Source of the DNA: an uncultured Verrucomicrobiae bacterium
GTDB taxonomy: Bacteria > Verrucomicrobiota > Verrucomicrobiia > Limisphaerales > UBA1096
NCBI GenBank assembly: GCA_937770485.1
Contig: CALJHX010000023.1
Span: 25,772-89,771 of the forward strand
Length of the DNA: 64,000 bases
Direction of reading: 5' to 3'
Part shown: piece after piece, positions 48,109-57,234 of the stretch
How the letters are laid out: every line of letters begins with the position of its first letter
Position numbering within the stretch: position 1 is the first letter of the stretch
Made by a program: the position numbers and the translations under genes
The notes under the pieces: model-generated
Databases searched by the model: none
What the model saw: the letters and a program-made list of their open reading frames with translations, nothing else
Told to the model about the DNA's origin: nothing

Positions 48109-49124
48109 ATGAAAATTTTATTTAGCGTTAGCGCTATAGTGCTTATAATTATAGGGTGTAATTATCCCAGATACAATTGACTCCGTAATCGTTCTATCAC
48201 CTCCAACTAGTCAGCCTAATCAAGTCGAAAAGACACCTATTCCCATACCATTAACGGAGATCGAGCTACCAACAGAGAACGAAAAATCAGCCTTAATAGA
48301 CAAAACAATAACCGTATTTGGAATCAAGGTTTTTGCATTGGAGGGGGTTACAGACCGAGATCTGAAACTAGTGGCGAATGTTCTAGCCCAGTGGATTGAT
48401 AACGATGAGGACGGGACACCAGATAATCCGGCCGTCCTCGCTGAGATTGTCAGACAGAAAAGCCGGATGATCCTTGGCGTCACTTTTGATCAAATCGGCC
48501 CGTGGCATGAGAATTCACAGGGGATGTTAAAGTATGTACATGCCCCTACCTATGGCTTGGATGTCACAACTATCAATCACAACTGGTATGGCCTGCCCCT
48601 TAGCGAGTATTCTCAGGATCATTACCGTACAGAAGGGCTTTTCCCGCCGGATGCAACAACAGAAGAAACCTTCCATCTCATAACGGACATTGGGTATGCA
48701 AACGTATATCCATCCACCTTCTGGCATGGTGAAGTAGGCGACAATCCCTCAGAGGCTCTTCGCTCTCATATCGCAAATCGTGGAGAAGGACAAAAGGATG
48801 CCTCTCTGTTAACGGTGGCGATGGACAACGCTCGCGGGGGGTATTTCAAACACATGCCAAAACAATATCCCGATAACGCGTGGTATACCCGGTCAGACGA
48901 CTGCGGAGTATAAATGTTTTGTCGGTGAATACATCCATTGGGGAATGATCACCCTTGTTGGCTATAACGAGACACGTGAAGAAGGTATTCAGGATCAGTG
49001 GCAGATAACAAACGCCCATTCTCTGCGTAATAGGGACCCTGCATTATATGGATTGCTCACGAACACTGAATATAACTTTCCTAAAACTGCCCCGGACGGA
49101 TCTTACGGTGATTTAAGCCAATGA
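48109..49124 (+). pseudogene. Lipoprotein of unknown function, broken by two frame changes
   Basis: The ATG at 48109 encodes MKILFSVSAIVLIIIGC (a lipobox) and then hits a stop. The body continues in another frame (ORF 48338..48913). The tail YKCFVGEYIHWGMITLVGYNE...DGSYGDLSQ* lies in a third frame and ends at 49124. Confidence 0.5.
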
Positions 49125-49208
49125 ATACTAAAGCAACCAGAACTCGCCGACCTCCTCCGCAAACACGGCGGCAAGACGGGTGAAGAATTGAAAGCTGAAG
49201 GGAAATGA
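49125..49208 (+). pseudogene. Orphan 3' fragment of an ankyrin-repeat gene
   Basis: It translates to ILKQPELADLLRKHGGKTGEELKAEGK*, a typical C-terminal tail of PVC ankyrin-repeat proteins. It has no upstream body. Confidence 0.4.
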
Positions 49209-49465
49209 AACAACATACCAATCACACAACAATCGCAGCCGTTGTGCTGGTGGGGTGTGGGCCGAGTGTGGATATTTGGACTGCTGCCGATAAAGGAAAC
49301 ATTGAAGCCGTCAAGCAGCACATCGCAGCTGGCACGGATTTGGATGCGAAGATGCAGGGTGGACATACTCCTTTGCTTTATGCGACTTTGAGTGGTCACA
49401 GGGAAATCGATGGACGACTTGAGGAATACGCCTTGGTTCAACTGGATGTTCTTCGAAGTTTCTGA
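49205..49465 (+). CDS. Ankyrin-repeat lipoprotein, probably truncated
   Basis: It has a lipobox (AAVVLVGCG) and one clear ANK repeat (DIWTAADKGNIEAVKQHIAAGTDLDAKMQGGHTPLLYATLSGH). It then diverges and stops after 86 aa. Confidence 0.45.
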   Translation: MKQHTNHTTIAAVVLVGCGPSVDIWTAADKGNIEAVKQHIAAGTDLDAKMQGGHTPLLYATLSGHREIDGRLEEYALVQLDVLRSF

Positions 49466-49574
49466 GTAATATGAAGAACTGGTCAGAAACTTTTGTTAAT
49501 CGCATCTATCCGGGCTCTCGAGTCTCGGTCAAAATGATCGACCCCCAGGTAGGAGACCGTATTGTTAGGTATCG

Positions 49575-52500
49575 ATGAATCGCCCGCTTCCCATCTTCGT
49601 CTGCTGCATCATGGCAAGCGCAACCTACGCAGGCCAGAAGTTCGACTTCGAAAAGTTCCGCGACCGCTTGCCCTGGATCTGGCAATCGCCCCGGCAGGTT
49701 GAGCCGCCCAAGGTAAAGGACTCGGTATGGCCGGCGGATGCGGTTGATCGCTTTGTGCTCCGGAAGTTGGAAGCTGAGAAGCTGCGACCGGCTGAACCAG
49801 CCAATGACCGGGTGTGGATACGGCGCGTATACTTCGCCATCACCGGTTTGCCGCCGAAGCCGGAGGATGTCCAAGCCTTCCTCAACGACACGTCCAAGAA
49901 TCGCAAACGCACGCTTGTACGCGCCCTGTTGGATTCCCCGCACTACGGGGAGCGCTGGGCACGTCATTGGATGGACCTCGTGCGCTATGCGGAGTCGCGC
50001 GGGCATGAAGGCGATGCCATTCTGCCCAATGCCTACCGGTATCGCGACTACCTAGTTCGCGCGTTCAATGCGGATCTGCCCTACGATGCCTTGGTCACCG
50101 AACATCTCGCAGGCGACCTGTTGGAAAACCCGCGACTGCATCCTGAAACGGGCGCCAACGAATCCATCCTCGCCACCGGCTGGCCCTTCTTTGGAGAGAG
50201 CTAGATCACGCCCGGTGGATCTCCGTAAGGACGAATGCGATCGCCTCGACAACAAAGTCGACGTGATGAGCAAGACCTTCCTCGGATTAACCGTAGCCTG
50301 CGCCCGCTGCCACGACCACAAGTTCGATGCCATACGCCAGCGCGACTACTATGCCATGGCGGGTTTCATCCTCAGTTCCAGTTACCGCCAGGCACGGTTT
50401 GAATCGATGGAACAGAACAAAGCGGTCGCGAAGAAGCTGGAAGGCTTGCGCCGGGACCACCTGCCGAAGATCGCGAAAGCCTTTGCCGCAGGCTGCGCGG
50501 CCCGTGGTCGATGCGCTGGACGACGATGTGCCCGTCGAGCCGATCTCCACACCATTGCCCCGTTGGACGAGACTGATCATGGCAGTGGATCCGGGTTCCC
50601 AAGGCGAAGCTTGGGCCAAGCTTTCCTTTGATCACGCCAAGTGGAAAACCATGAAACTGCCCGGTCATTTTGAAAACGCCGGGTTGCCCGGCCACGATGG
50701 CGTGGTGTGGTTTCGAAAAACCATCGAATTGTCTGCTGGACAGGCCAAGTCCAAGGCAGTCCTGAACCTCGGTCAAATCGATGACATGGACGTCGCCTGG
50801 GTCAATGGCTCGAGGGTAGGAGGCTACGAGAATCCCGGCCACCATTACACGGTACGGAAGTATCCCGTTCCCACGGGTCTATTGAAAGCGGGCAAGAACA
50901 CGATTGCCGTCCGTGTCATGGACCATGGCTGGCCCGGAGGCATCGCCGGCAAGCCGGAGCAGCTCGTCCTGCAGTTGGGGAAGGAAACCATTTCCCTCGC
51001 CAATGCCTGGCATTTTTCCCCGGGTGCGGACCTGAAGACACTCAATGAACAGGCCGCCCTTGTCAGGCCCGAGCTTGTGACGTCGCCCATTTATCCCGTG
51101 GAAGGGAAGCATCAAATGGTGGCCGATTATACCCAGGGACATACACCCTGGCTGGTAGACGGGCCGACCTTTGGGCAGATCTCCGGCTCTGCCGGGCCAG
51201 TTGATGCTGATCGCGGGCGACCAACCACTCGCGCTGTCCCGTAACGGCGGCGCGATCCGTGATCCCTTCTGGAACGGGCTCAAGAACATCGATAGTGAAA
51301 ACGATCCTGGAGGATTGCTGAATGGTTTGACGCGAGCGGGTAAAACCATTCGCACCCCGACCGTTACCCTGTCGTCGGGCCAAGTTCACTACCTGATCAA
51401 AGGAAAGGCGACGGTGTATGCCGCGGTCAGTCAAAACCTTTTTGCCGGCCCTCTACATGGAAGCCTGACCAGGAAGGTGGAAGCGAAAGGCGACGCACCG
51501 CAATGGATCGGACACAACCTAAAGCGCTATGCCGGTCAACGCGTACACTTCGAGTTTTCTCCGGTCGGCAATGAGCCTTTCGAGCTTCTCCGAGTCATCG
51601 ATGGCGGAACCCCCCAACACAAACCGGGAGAAAGGAAGGCGTTGTTACGCAAGGAATTGCACCAGGCGCTCGATGACCTTGCGGACGGCAAGCTGGAAGC
51701 ACGGCACGTACCCCATGTTGTCTGGTTGATCGAACATGGAAAAGTGAAGCTCCCAGACGAGTTGTCAAAGACCTGGAAAACAGCCCTCGAGGAGCCGAGA
51801 AAAGAAGCGCGATGGGATTCACAGCTAGCGGTCAGCTGGTGGGGAGGCAGCGGGGTAGATGAACACGTCCTCGACCGGGGCAGTCCTCAATCGCCAGGGG
51901 AACGCGTCGGTCGAAACCTGCCCGAACTTCTCGCCATGGCTCCATTGCCGAACCGAAGCCCCGGACGCCTGGAGCTTGCCCGGCAGCTTACGGCAAAGGG
52001 ACATCCGCTGACCTCTCGGGTCATGGTCAACCGGATCTGGCACCAGCTCTTCGGTCGCGGGATAGTACCCACACCGGACAACTTCGGCTGGCTGGGTCAG
52101 CGGCCGAGTCATCCGGACCTGCTCGATTACCTGGCCGTCGAGTTCACGGAGACCCATGCGTATTCGATCAAATCGCTCATTGAACGAATTGTGCTGACCC
52201 GAACCTTCGGGATGTCGAACACCGCGGCCGATCCGGTCTACGCGGATCAGGATCCAGACAATCAATGGCTACACCGCATGCCGGTGCGGCGGCTCGAAGC
52301 GGAAGCGATTCGCGACTCGGCGCTCGCCATTTCGGGCCGGCTTGACCGAACAATAGGAGGGAAATCGGTCCTTGTCCACCTGACCGAATTTGTCGTCGGG
52401 CGTGGCAGTCCCACGAAGAGCGGACCTCTGGATGGCGCAGGTCGACGATCCATCTATACCGCGCTCCGTCGTAATTTCATCCCTACATTTATGCTGACCT

Positions 52501-52835
52501 TCGATTTCCCTGCACCCTTCAGCACCGTGGGCAAACGGGATGTCACCAATGTCGCCGGTCAGTCCTTGACCTTGATGAATGATCGCTTTTTGTACGGGCA
52601 GAGCAGCGTCTGGGCGAGCCGGCTCATGAAGGAGCAGACGTCTGCGCCGGAACGCATCCAGCGGATGTACGCCGAGGCCTTTGCCCGTCCGCCCAGCGAC
52701 GTCGAATTGGCGGCATGCCTCGAGGCACTCACTGCGTTTATCGGATTATATGGGGGCGATCCCAACGGCCACGAGGCTTGGCGGGATCTCTGCCATTCGT
52801 TTTACAGCATGACTGATTTCATCTACCTGAAATGA
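49575..52835 (+). pseudogene. DUF1549/DUF1553 (PSD1-type) protein with an inserted jelly-roll sugar-binding-like segment, split into four ORFs
   Basis: ORFs 49575..50204, 50068..50631, 50327..51244 and 51171..52835 together read as one protein. The parts are DUF1549 (RRVYFAITGLPPKPEDVQAF, ...GLTVACARCHDHKFDAIRQRDYY), a GH2_N-like segment (WKTMKLPGHFENAGLPGHDGVVWFRKT...VAWVNGSRVGG...GKNTIAVRV) and DUF1553 (LTSRVMVNRIWHQLFGRGIVPTPDNFG). The frames step 0>1>2>0. Confidence 0.75.
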
Positions 52836-54205
52836 AGTATCCCTTCAGCACTCGTCGTGATTTTTTACAGAAGGCCTCGCTCGGCTTCGGCAGCTTGGCC
52901 CTGGCCGGCTTGTACGGGGCGCCGATAATTCCGCATTACCGCCCGCCCGCGAAGAACGTGATCTTCCTGTTCATGGAAGGCGGGGTTTCCCAAGTCGACT
53001 CCTTTGACTACAAGCCGATGCTGGCTAAGCATCACGGTGAGGATCCGCGAAAGGCCATCGGCAAGATCGAGGCCACCCAGTTCGAGAGCGTAGGAAAGGT
53101 GATGAAGTCACCCTGGGAGTTCAAACAACGCGGAAAATGCGGGGCCTGGATCAGCGAACTGTTCCCCCAGGTGGCCGAACTGGCCGACGAGCTGGCGATC
53201 ATTCGATCGATGACCGCCAATTTCCCCGAGCACACCAGTGCCTGTTACTACATGCACAGCGGATTGGGCTTGCAGGGCCGACCGAGCATGGGTGCGTGGG
53301 CGACCTACGGGTTGGGCAGCGAGAACAAAAACCTTCCCGGCTTCGTCGTGCTCAACGGCGGCCAGATTCCCTCCGGCGGCCTGGATAATTTTTCCAACGG
53401 CTTTCTGCCTGCGACCTACCGCGGCAACCTGTTGAACGTCATTGGCACCCCGCTCGCCAATGTGAAACCGAACGAGAAATCCGACCGGGCCCAGAAGATC
53501 AAGCGACGCCTGGTGCAGCAACTGAACCGGAGTACGGCCGGGGGCATCGACGCCTTGGAATCGGCGATTGCCAACCACGAGCTGGCGGCCAGGATGCAAC
53601 TGGCCATCCCCGAAGTCATGTCTCTGGACGGCGAAACCGAAGCCACCAAAAAACTTTATGGCTTCGATGCCAAATATAAGCACACGCAAACCTATGCGAG
53701 GGAGTGCCTGATCGCCCGGCGATTAATCGAGCGGGGCGTACGCTTCGTCGAGTTGACCATTCCCATGGTAAATGGATACCAGCGCTGGGATGCTCACAAC
53801 GACCTGGTGACGAATCACAGCACAAACGCACGCGCGGTGGACCAGCCGATCGCCGGCCTGATCCGCGATTTGAAGTCACGCGGCTTGCTGGATGAAACCT
53901 TGGTCGTCTGGACCGGGGAATTCGGACGTACCCCCTTCGCCCAAGGGGGCAAAGGTCGGGATCACAACGAATACGGATTCAGCCTCTGGATGGCCGGAGG
54001 CGGGATCAAGCCCGGCGTGACCTATGGTGCAACCGACGACTGGGGTTACAAGGCGGTGGATAACCCATTGCAGATACACGATCTCCACGCCACTATGCTT
54101 CACCTGCTCGGGATCGACCACGAGGAGTTGACCTACCGCTTCAGCGGCCGTGACATTCGACTGACCGATGTACACGGGAAGATCATCGAGGATATCCTGT
54201 TGTGA
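52832..54205 (+). CDS. DUF1501 domain protein (Tat signal), intact
   Basis: RRDFLQKASLGFGSLALAGL, 457 aa. The start overlaps the stop of the upstream pseudogene (ATGA). Confidence 0.9.
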   Translation: MKYPFSTRRDFLQKASLGFGSLALAGLYGAPIIPHYRPPAKNVIFLFMEGGVSQVDSFDYKPMLAKHHGEDPRKAIGKIEATQFESVGKVMKSPWEFKQRGKCGAWISELFPQVAELADELAIIRSMTANFPEHTSACYYMHSGLGLQGRPSMGAWATYGLGSENKNLPGFVVLNGGQIPSGGLDNFSNGFLPATYRGNLLNVIGTPLANVKPNEKSDRAQKIKRRLVQQLNRSTAGGIDALESAIANHELAARMQLAIPEVMSLDGETEATKKLYGFDAKYKHTQTYARECLIARRLIERGVRFVELTIPMVNGYQRWDAHNDLVTNHSTNARAVDQPIAGLIRDLKSRGLLDETLVVWTGEFGRTPFAQGGKGRDHNEYGFSLWMAGGGIKPGVTYGATDDWGYKAVDNPLQIHDLHATMLHLLGIDHEELTYRFSGRDIRLTDVHGKIIEDILL

Positions 54206-54645
54206 AGATGATCGGGGGCTCAAGTCTTAGGTTCCATTTCTTGTTGATTACGTACTTCGTAATTCCTTGCATGGGGTCTTTCTTCGGCGGTTCGTTTGGT
54301 TTGCTTTCATTAACGCTCCTAGCCTTGAGCGACTTTGCCAAATGGTCAAGATTTACATTGAGGTTCACGAACGCCGCCAGCGCATACATCCTCACATCCA
54401 GTGCTTCGCTGCGTGCCCGTGTCTTCTGCCACACCCGTGACTTCACTCCGTTTCGCACCCGAGCTACTGCCTTCTCAGCAGTCAATTTTTCAAAATACTC
54501 TTCGTCGTAGCCTTGCCCAATCGGGAAGTGACAGTAGCCAGCACCGCTGTCCTCGATCTTCAGGCACGAGTAGATTAACTCCTTGGCCGAGTCAACGCCA
54601 AGGCTGAACAGCGGTCTGTTAAGTGTGATTACATCATACTTTTTG
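54183..54645 (-). mobile_element. 3'-terminal remnant of a phage terminase large subunit (GpA family) gene
   Basis: The minus-strand frame is closed upstream by a TAA near 54646. It reads ...RPLFSLGVDSAKELIYSCLKIEDSGAGYCHFPIGQGYDEEYFEKLTAEKAVARVRNGVKSRVWQKTRARSEALDVRMYALAAF..., matching the C-terminal region of lambda-like GpA terminases. No N-terminal ATPase part is present. Confidence 0.6.
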
Positions 54646-54775
54646 AGGTTGTTTTAGGATTTAAAGGAATTTTATGGGAAACTATACGATAAAAGTAACC
54701 CCTTTTAAAATGATGGTTAAGTTGTTTTTTAAGACTGTTTTAAGGAGAATAAAATCAGTTCCGAATGATGCAAAT

Positions 54776-57055
54776 TCAGTTTTGTGTGATGGCCTCGTCG
54801 AGATTGAGGATGGTGTTGGCCACCAGCGCGTAGGCGGCCAGTTGGGCGGCGGGCAGCCTGGGGCTGCGCGGCTTCTCGCCAACGGATAAGAGCTTCTTTG
54901 CTGCATCTGGTTTTTTTCGGAAATCTTTCAAGTAAAAGAAAAAATCTTTCATTAACAAATCCAACTCCTCCTTGCGTGGTGCGCGGCTAGTCACGCGGCG
55001 AAACGCCTCCGCCACGCGTTGGCGCGGCCGCTGTCCCTTGGCTAGCATCATGCGCTCGGCGAGGAACCGTGCTGCCTCCACGAAGGTCTTGTTATTCATC
55101 ATCGTGAGCGACTGCAACGGTGTGGTGGTGAGGTCGTTGCGTACGATGCAAATTTCCCGCGCGGCGGCGTTGAAGGTCATCATCGTGGGGGGCGGTACCG
55201 TGCGACGCCAGTAGGTATATATGCTGCGCCGGTAAAGTTTGTCACCCTTGTCCTGCTTGTAGCTTGCGTTCGAAATGCTCTTCCAGATTCCCGGTGGCAT
55301 GTATGGCTTCACCGATGGCCCACCAGTTTTTCCACTTAGCAAGTCGCTTGTGAACAGCGCTGAGTCGCGAATCGCATACGGCGTGAGACGCTTGCGTGGG
55401 CCATGGGAGAGCAGTCGGTTTTCGGGGTCGCGCCGCTGCAGTTTGCGCGAAGCCGTCGAGTGCTGCCGGTAGGTGGCGCTGGTGACAATGAGCCGGTGCA
55501 TCGACTTCAGGTTCCAGTCGCGCCGCACGAACTCGGTAGCCAGCCAGTCGAGCAGCGCCGGGTTGCTAGGCAGTTCGCCCTGCACGCCGAAGTTTCCGCT
55601 TGTTTTTACGAGGCCAAGCCCAAAGTAACGCTGCCACAGGCGGTTCACTGTCACGCGCGCGGTGAGCGGATGCGCCGGATTGACCAGCCACCTTGCGAGG
55701 CCAAGGCGGTTGCGAGGCCATTGATCGTTCCACGAGCCGAGCACCGGTGGCGTGGCCGGATGCAGTTGCTCTGATTTGTCCGGTTGGTCATACAGGCCGC
55801 GCTCGAGTCGATACGTGTCGCGTGGCTTGGGCAACTCGTGCAGCACCATCACCGTGTTGGTTGCGCCCGGCTGCGGACGTGGCACGGAGGTTTGCACCAC
55901 CTTGATTTTCATCGGTGCGGGCACCACGAACTTGGCCTCCTCCGCCGACAAAACCGGCCAGCGCTTTGGCACCTCGATGAACGGCGGGCTGTTGCCATTG
56001 TTCGGCCCAAGGCCGGCCTCATCGATGTTGTTGAAGAAAGCAAAAAGCCGGTAGAAGTCCTTTTGTGTGACCGGGTCGAACTTGTGATCGTGGCAGCGCG
56101 AGCAGGTGAGCGTAAGCCCAAGAAACATCGTGCCCATCGTCTCTACGCGGTCGGCCACGTATTCAACGATCCACTCGTCCGGAATCGATCCGCCCTCCGA
56201 GTTGATGCGGTGGTTGCGGTTGAAGCCGGTGGCCACCTGCGTGAAAAAGTTTCTGTCTGGAATCAAGTCGCCCGCCATCTGCTCAGTGATGAACCGGTCG
56301 AACGGCATGTTATCGTTGAGTGCCCGGATCAGCCAATCGCGCCACACCCACATGTAGCGCAGCCGGTCGTTTTGGTAGCCGTCGGTGTCGGCGTAGCGCG
56401 ATGCCTCCATCCAGCCCAGCGCCATGTGTTCGCCGTAACGCGGCGAGTCGAGCAGGCGATCCACCGCCTTCGCGTAAGCCCCGGGTGAATGGTCTTCGAG
56501 GAAGGCGTCAAGTTCCGCGAGCGTGGGCGGAAGGCCGGTTAGGTCGAGAGTCGCGCGACGGAGCAGGGTGGCCTTGCCGGCTTCCGGCGACGGAGCGAGT
56601 CCTTCGCGCTCAAGCCGCGCCAGCACGAAGTGGTCGATGCCGTTGCGCGACCAGTCGGCGTCCCTCACCTTTGCCAAGCGCGGCCGCTTGGGCGGCACAA
56701 AGGCCCAGTGCCGGTCGTCGCTTGGCCAAGCGGCCCCGGCCCGGAGCCACTCGACCAGTTTGGCACGATCCGCATCGCGCAGCGGTCGGTTGGAATCCGA
56801 CGGCGGCATGCGTTCATCCGGATCGTTGATTGTGAGCCGGCGCAGTATTTCGCCGTCGGCAATCACGCCTGCCTCGAGCGCCGCTGCGCGGTCGTGCAGG
56901 CGCAGCTTCGCCTTGCGGGCATTGGCGTCGGGGCCGTGGCAATGGTAGCAGGCATCCGACAACACCGGTCTAATGTCGCGGGCAAAGTCTAACTGCGCCC
57001 CCGATGCCATGCTGCAAAGGAAAACTGTCGCCAAAAGGGGGATGATACGCACCAT
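54776..57055 (-). CDS. PSCyt1-DUF1549-DUF1553 (PSD1-type) protein, intact
   Basis: It has a signal peptide, the planctomycete cytochrome c motif CYHCHGPDANARKAKLRL, DUF1549 (RRATLDLTGLPPT, CSRCHDHKFDP) and DUF1553 (TVNRLWQRYFGLGLVKTSGNFG). It is 759 aa. Confidence 0.88.
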   Translation of the reverse strand: MVRIIPLLATVFLCSMASGAQLDFARDIRPVLSDACYHCHGPDANARKAKLRLHDRAAALEAGVIADGEILRRLTINDPDERMPPSDSNRPLRDADRAKLVEWLRAGAAWPSDDRHWAFVPPKRPRLAKVRDADWSRNGIDHFVLARLEREGLAPSPEAGKATLLRRATLDLTGLPPTLAELDAFLEDHSPGAYAKAVDRLLDSPRYGEHMALGWMEASRYADTDGYQNDRLRYMWVWRDWLIRALNDNMPFDRFITEQMAGDLIPDRNFFTQVATGFNRNHRINSEGGSIPDEWIVEYVADRVETMGTMFLGLTLTCSRCHDHKFDPVTQKDFYRLFAFFNNIDEAGLGPNNGNSPPFIEVPKRWPVLSAEEAKFVVPAPMKIKVVQTSVPRPQPGATNTVMVLHELPKPRDTYRLERGLYDQPDKSEQLHPATPPVLGSWNDQWPRNRLGLARWLVNPAHPLTARVTVNRLWQRYFGLGLVKTSGNFGVQGELPSNPALLDWLATEFVRRDWNLKSMHRLIVTSATYRQHSTASRKLQRRDPENRLLSHGPRKRLTPYAIRDSALFTSDLLSGKTGGPSVKPYMPPGIWKSISNASYKQDKGDKLYRRSIYTYWRRTVPPPTMMTFNAAAREICIVRNDLTTTPLQSLTMMNNKTFVEAARFLAERMMLAKGQRPRQRVAEAFRRVTSRAPRKEELDLLMKDFFFYLKDFRKKPDAAKKLLSVGEKPRSPRLPAAQLAAYALVANTILNLDEAITQN

Positions 57056-57234
57056 TATCTGTGAAAGCGTTTGATAGCAGATGCTCCCTGATTTGTCATG
57101 TAAGAACCGATCTCACATCCAGCCGTCGTTGCCTTTTTGAGATTCCATGCGTAGAAAGCCCCGTGCAATTAACCCTATTTCCACTGTCGTCTTGGTGCGA
57201 TGCTTTTGCCCAAACACAGAGGGTCCCCCGTCCT

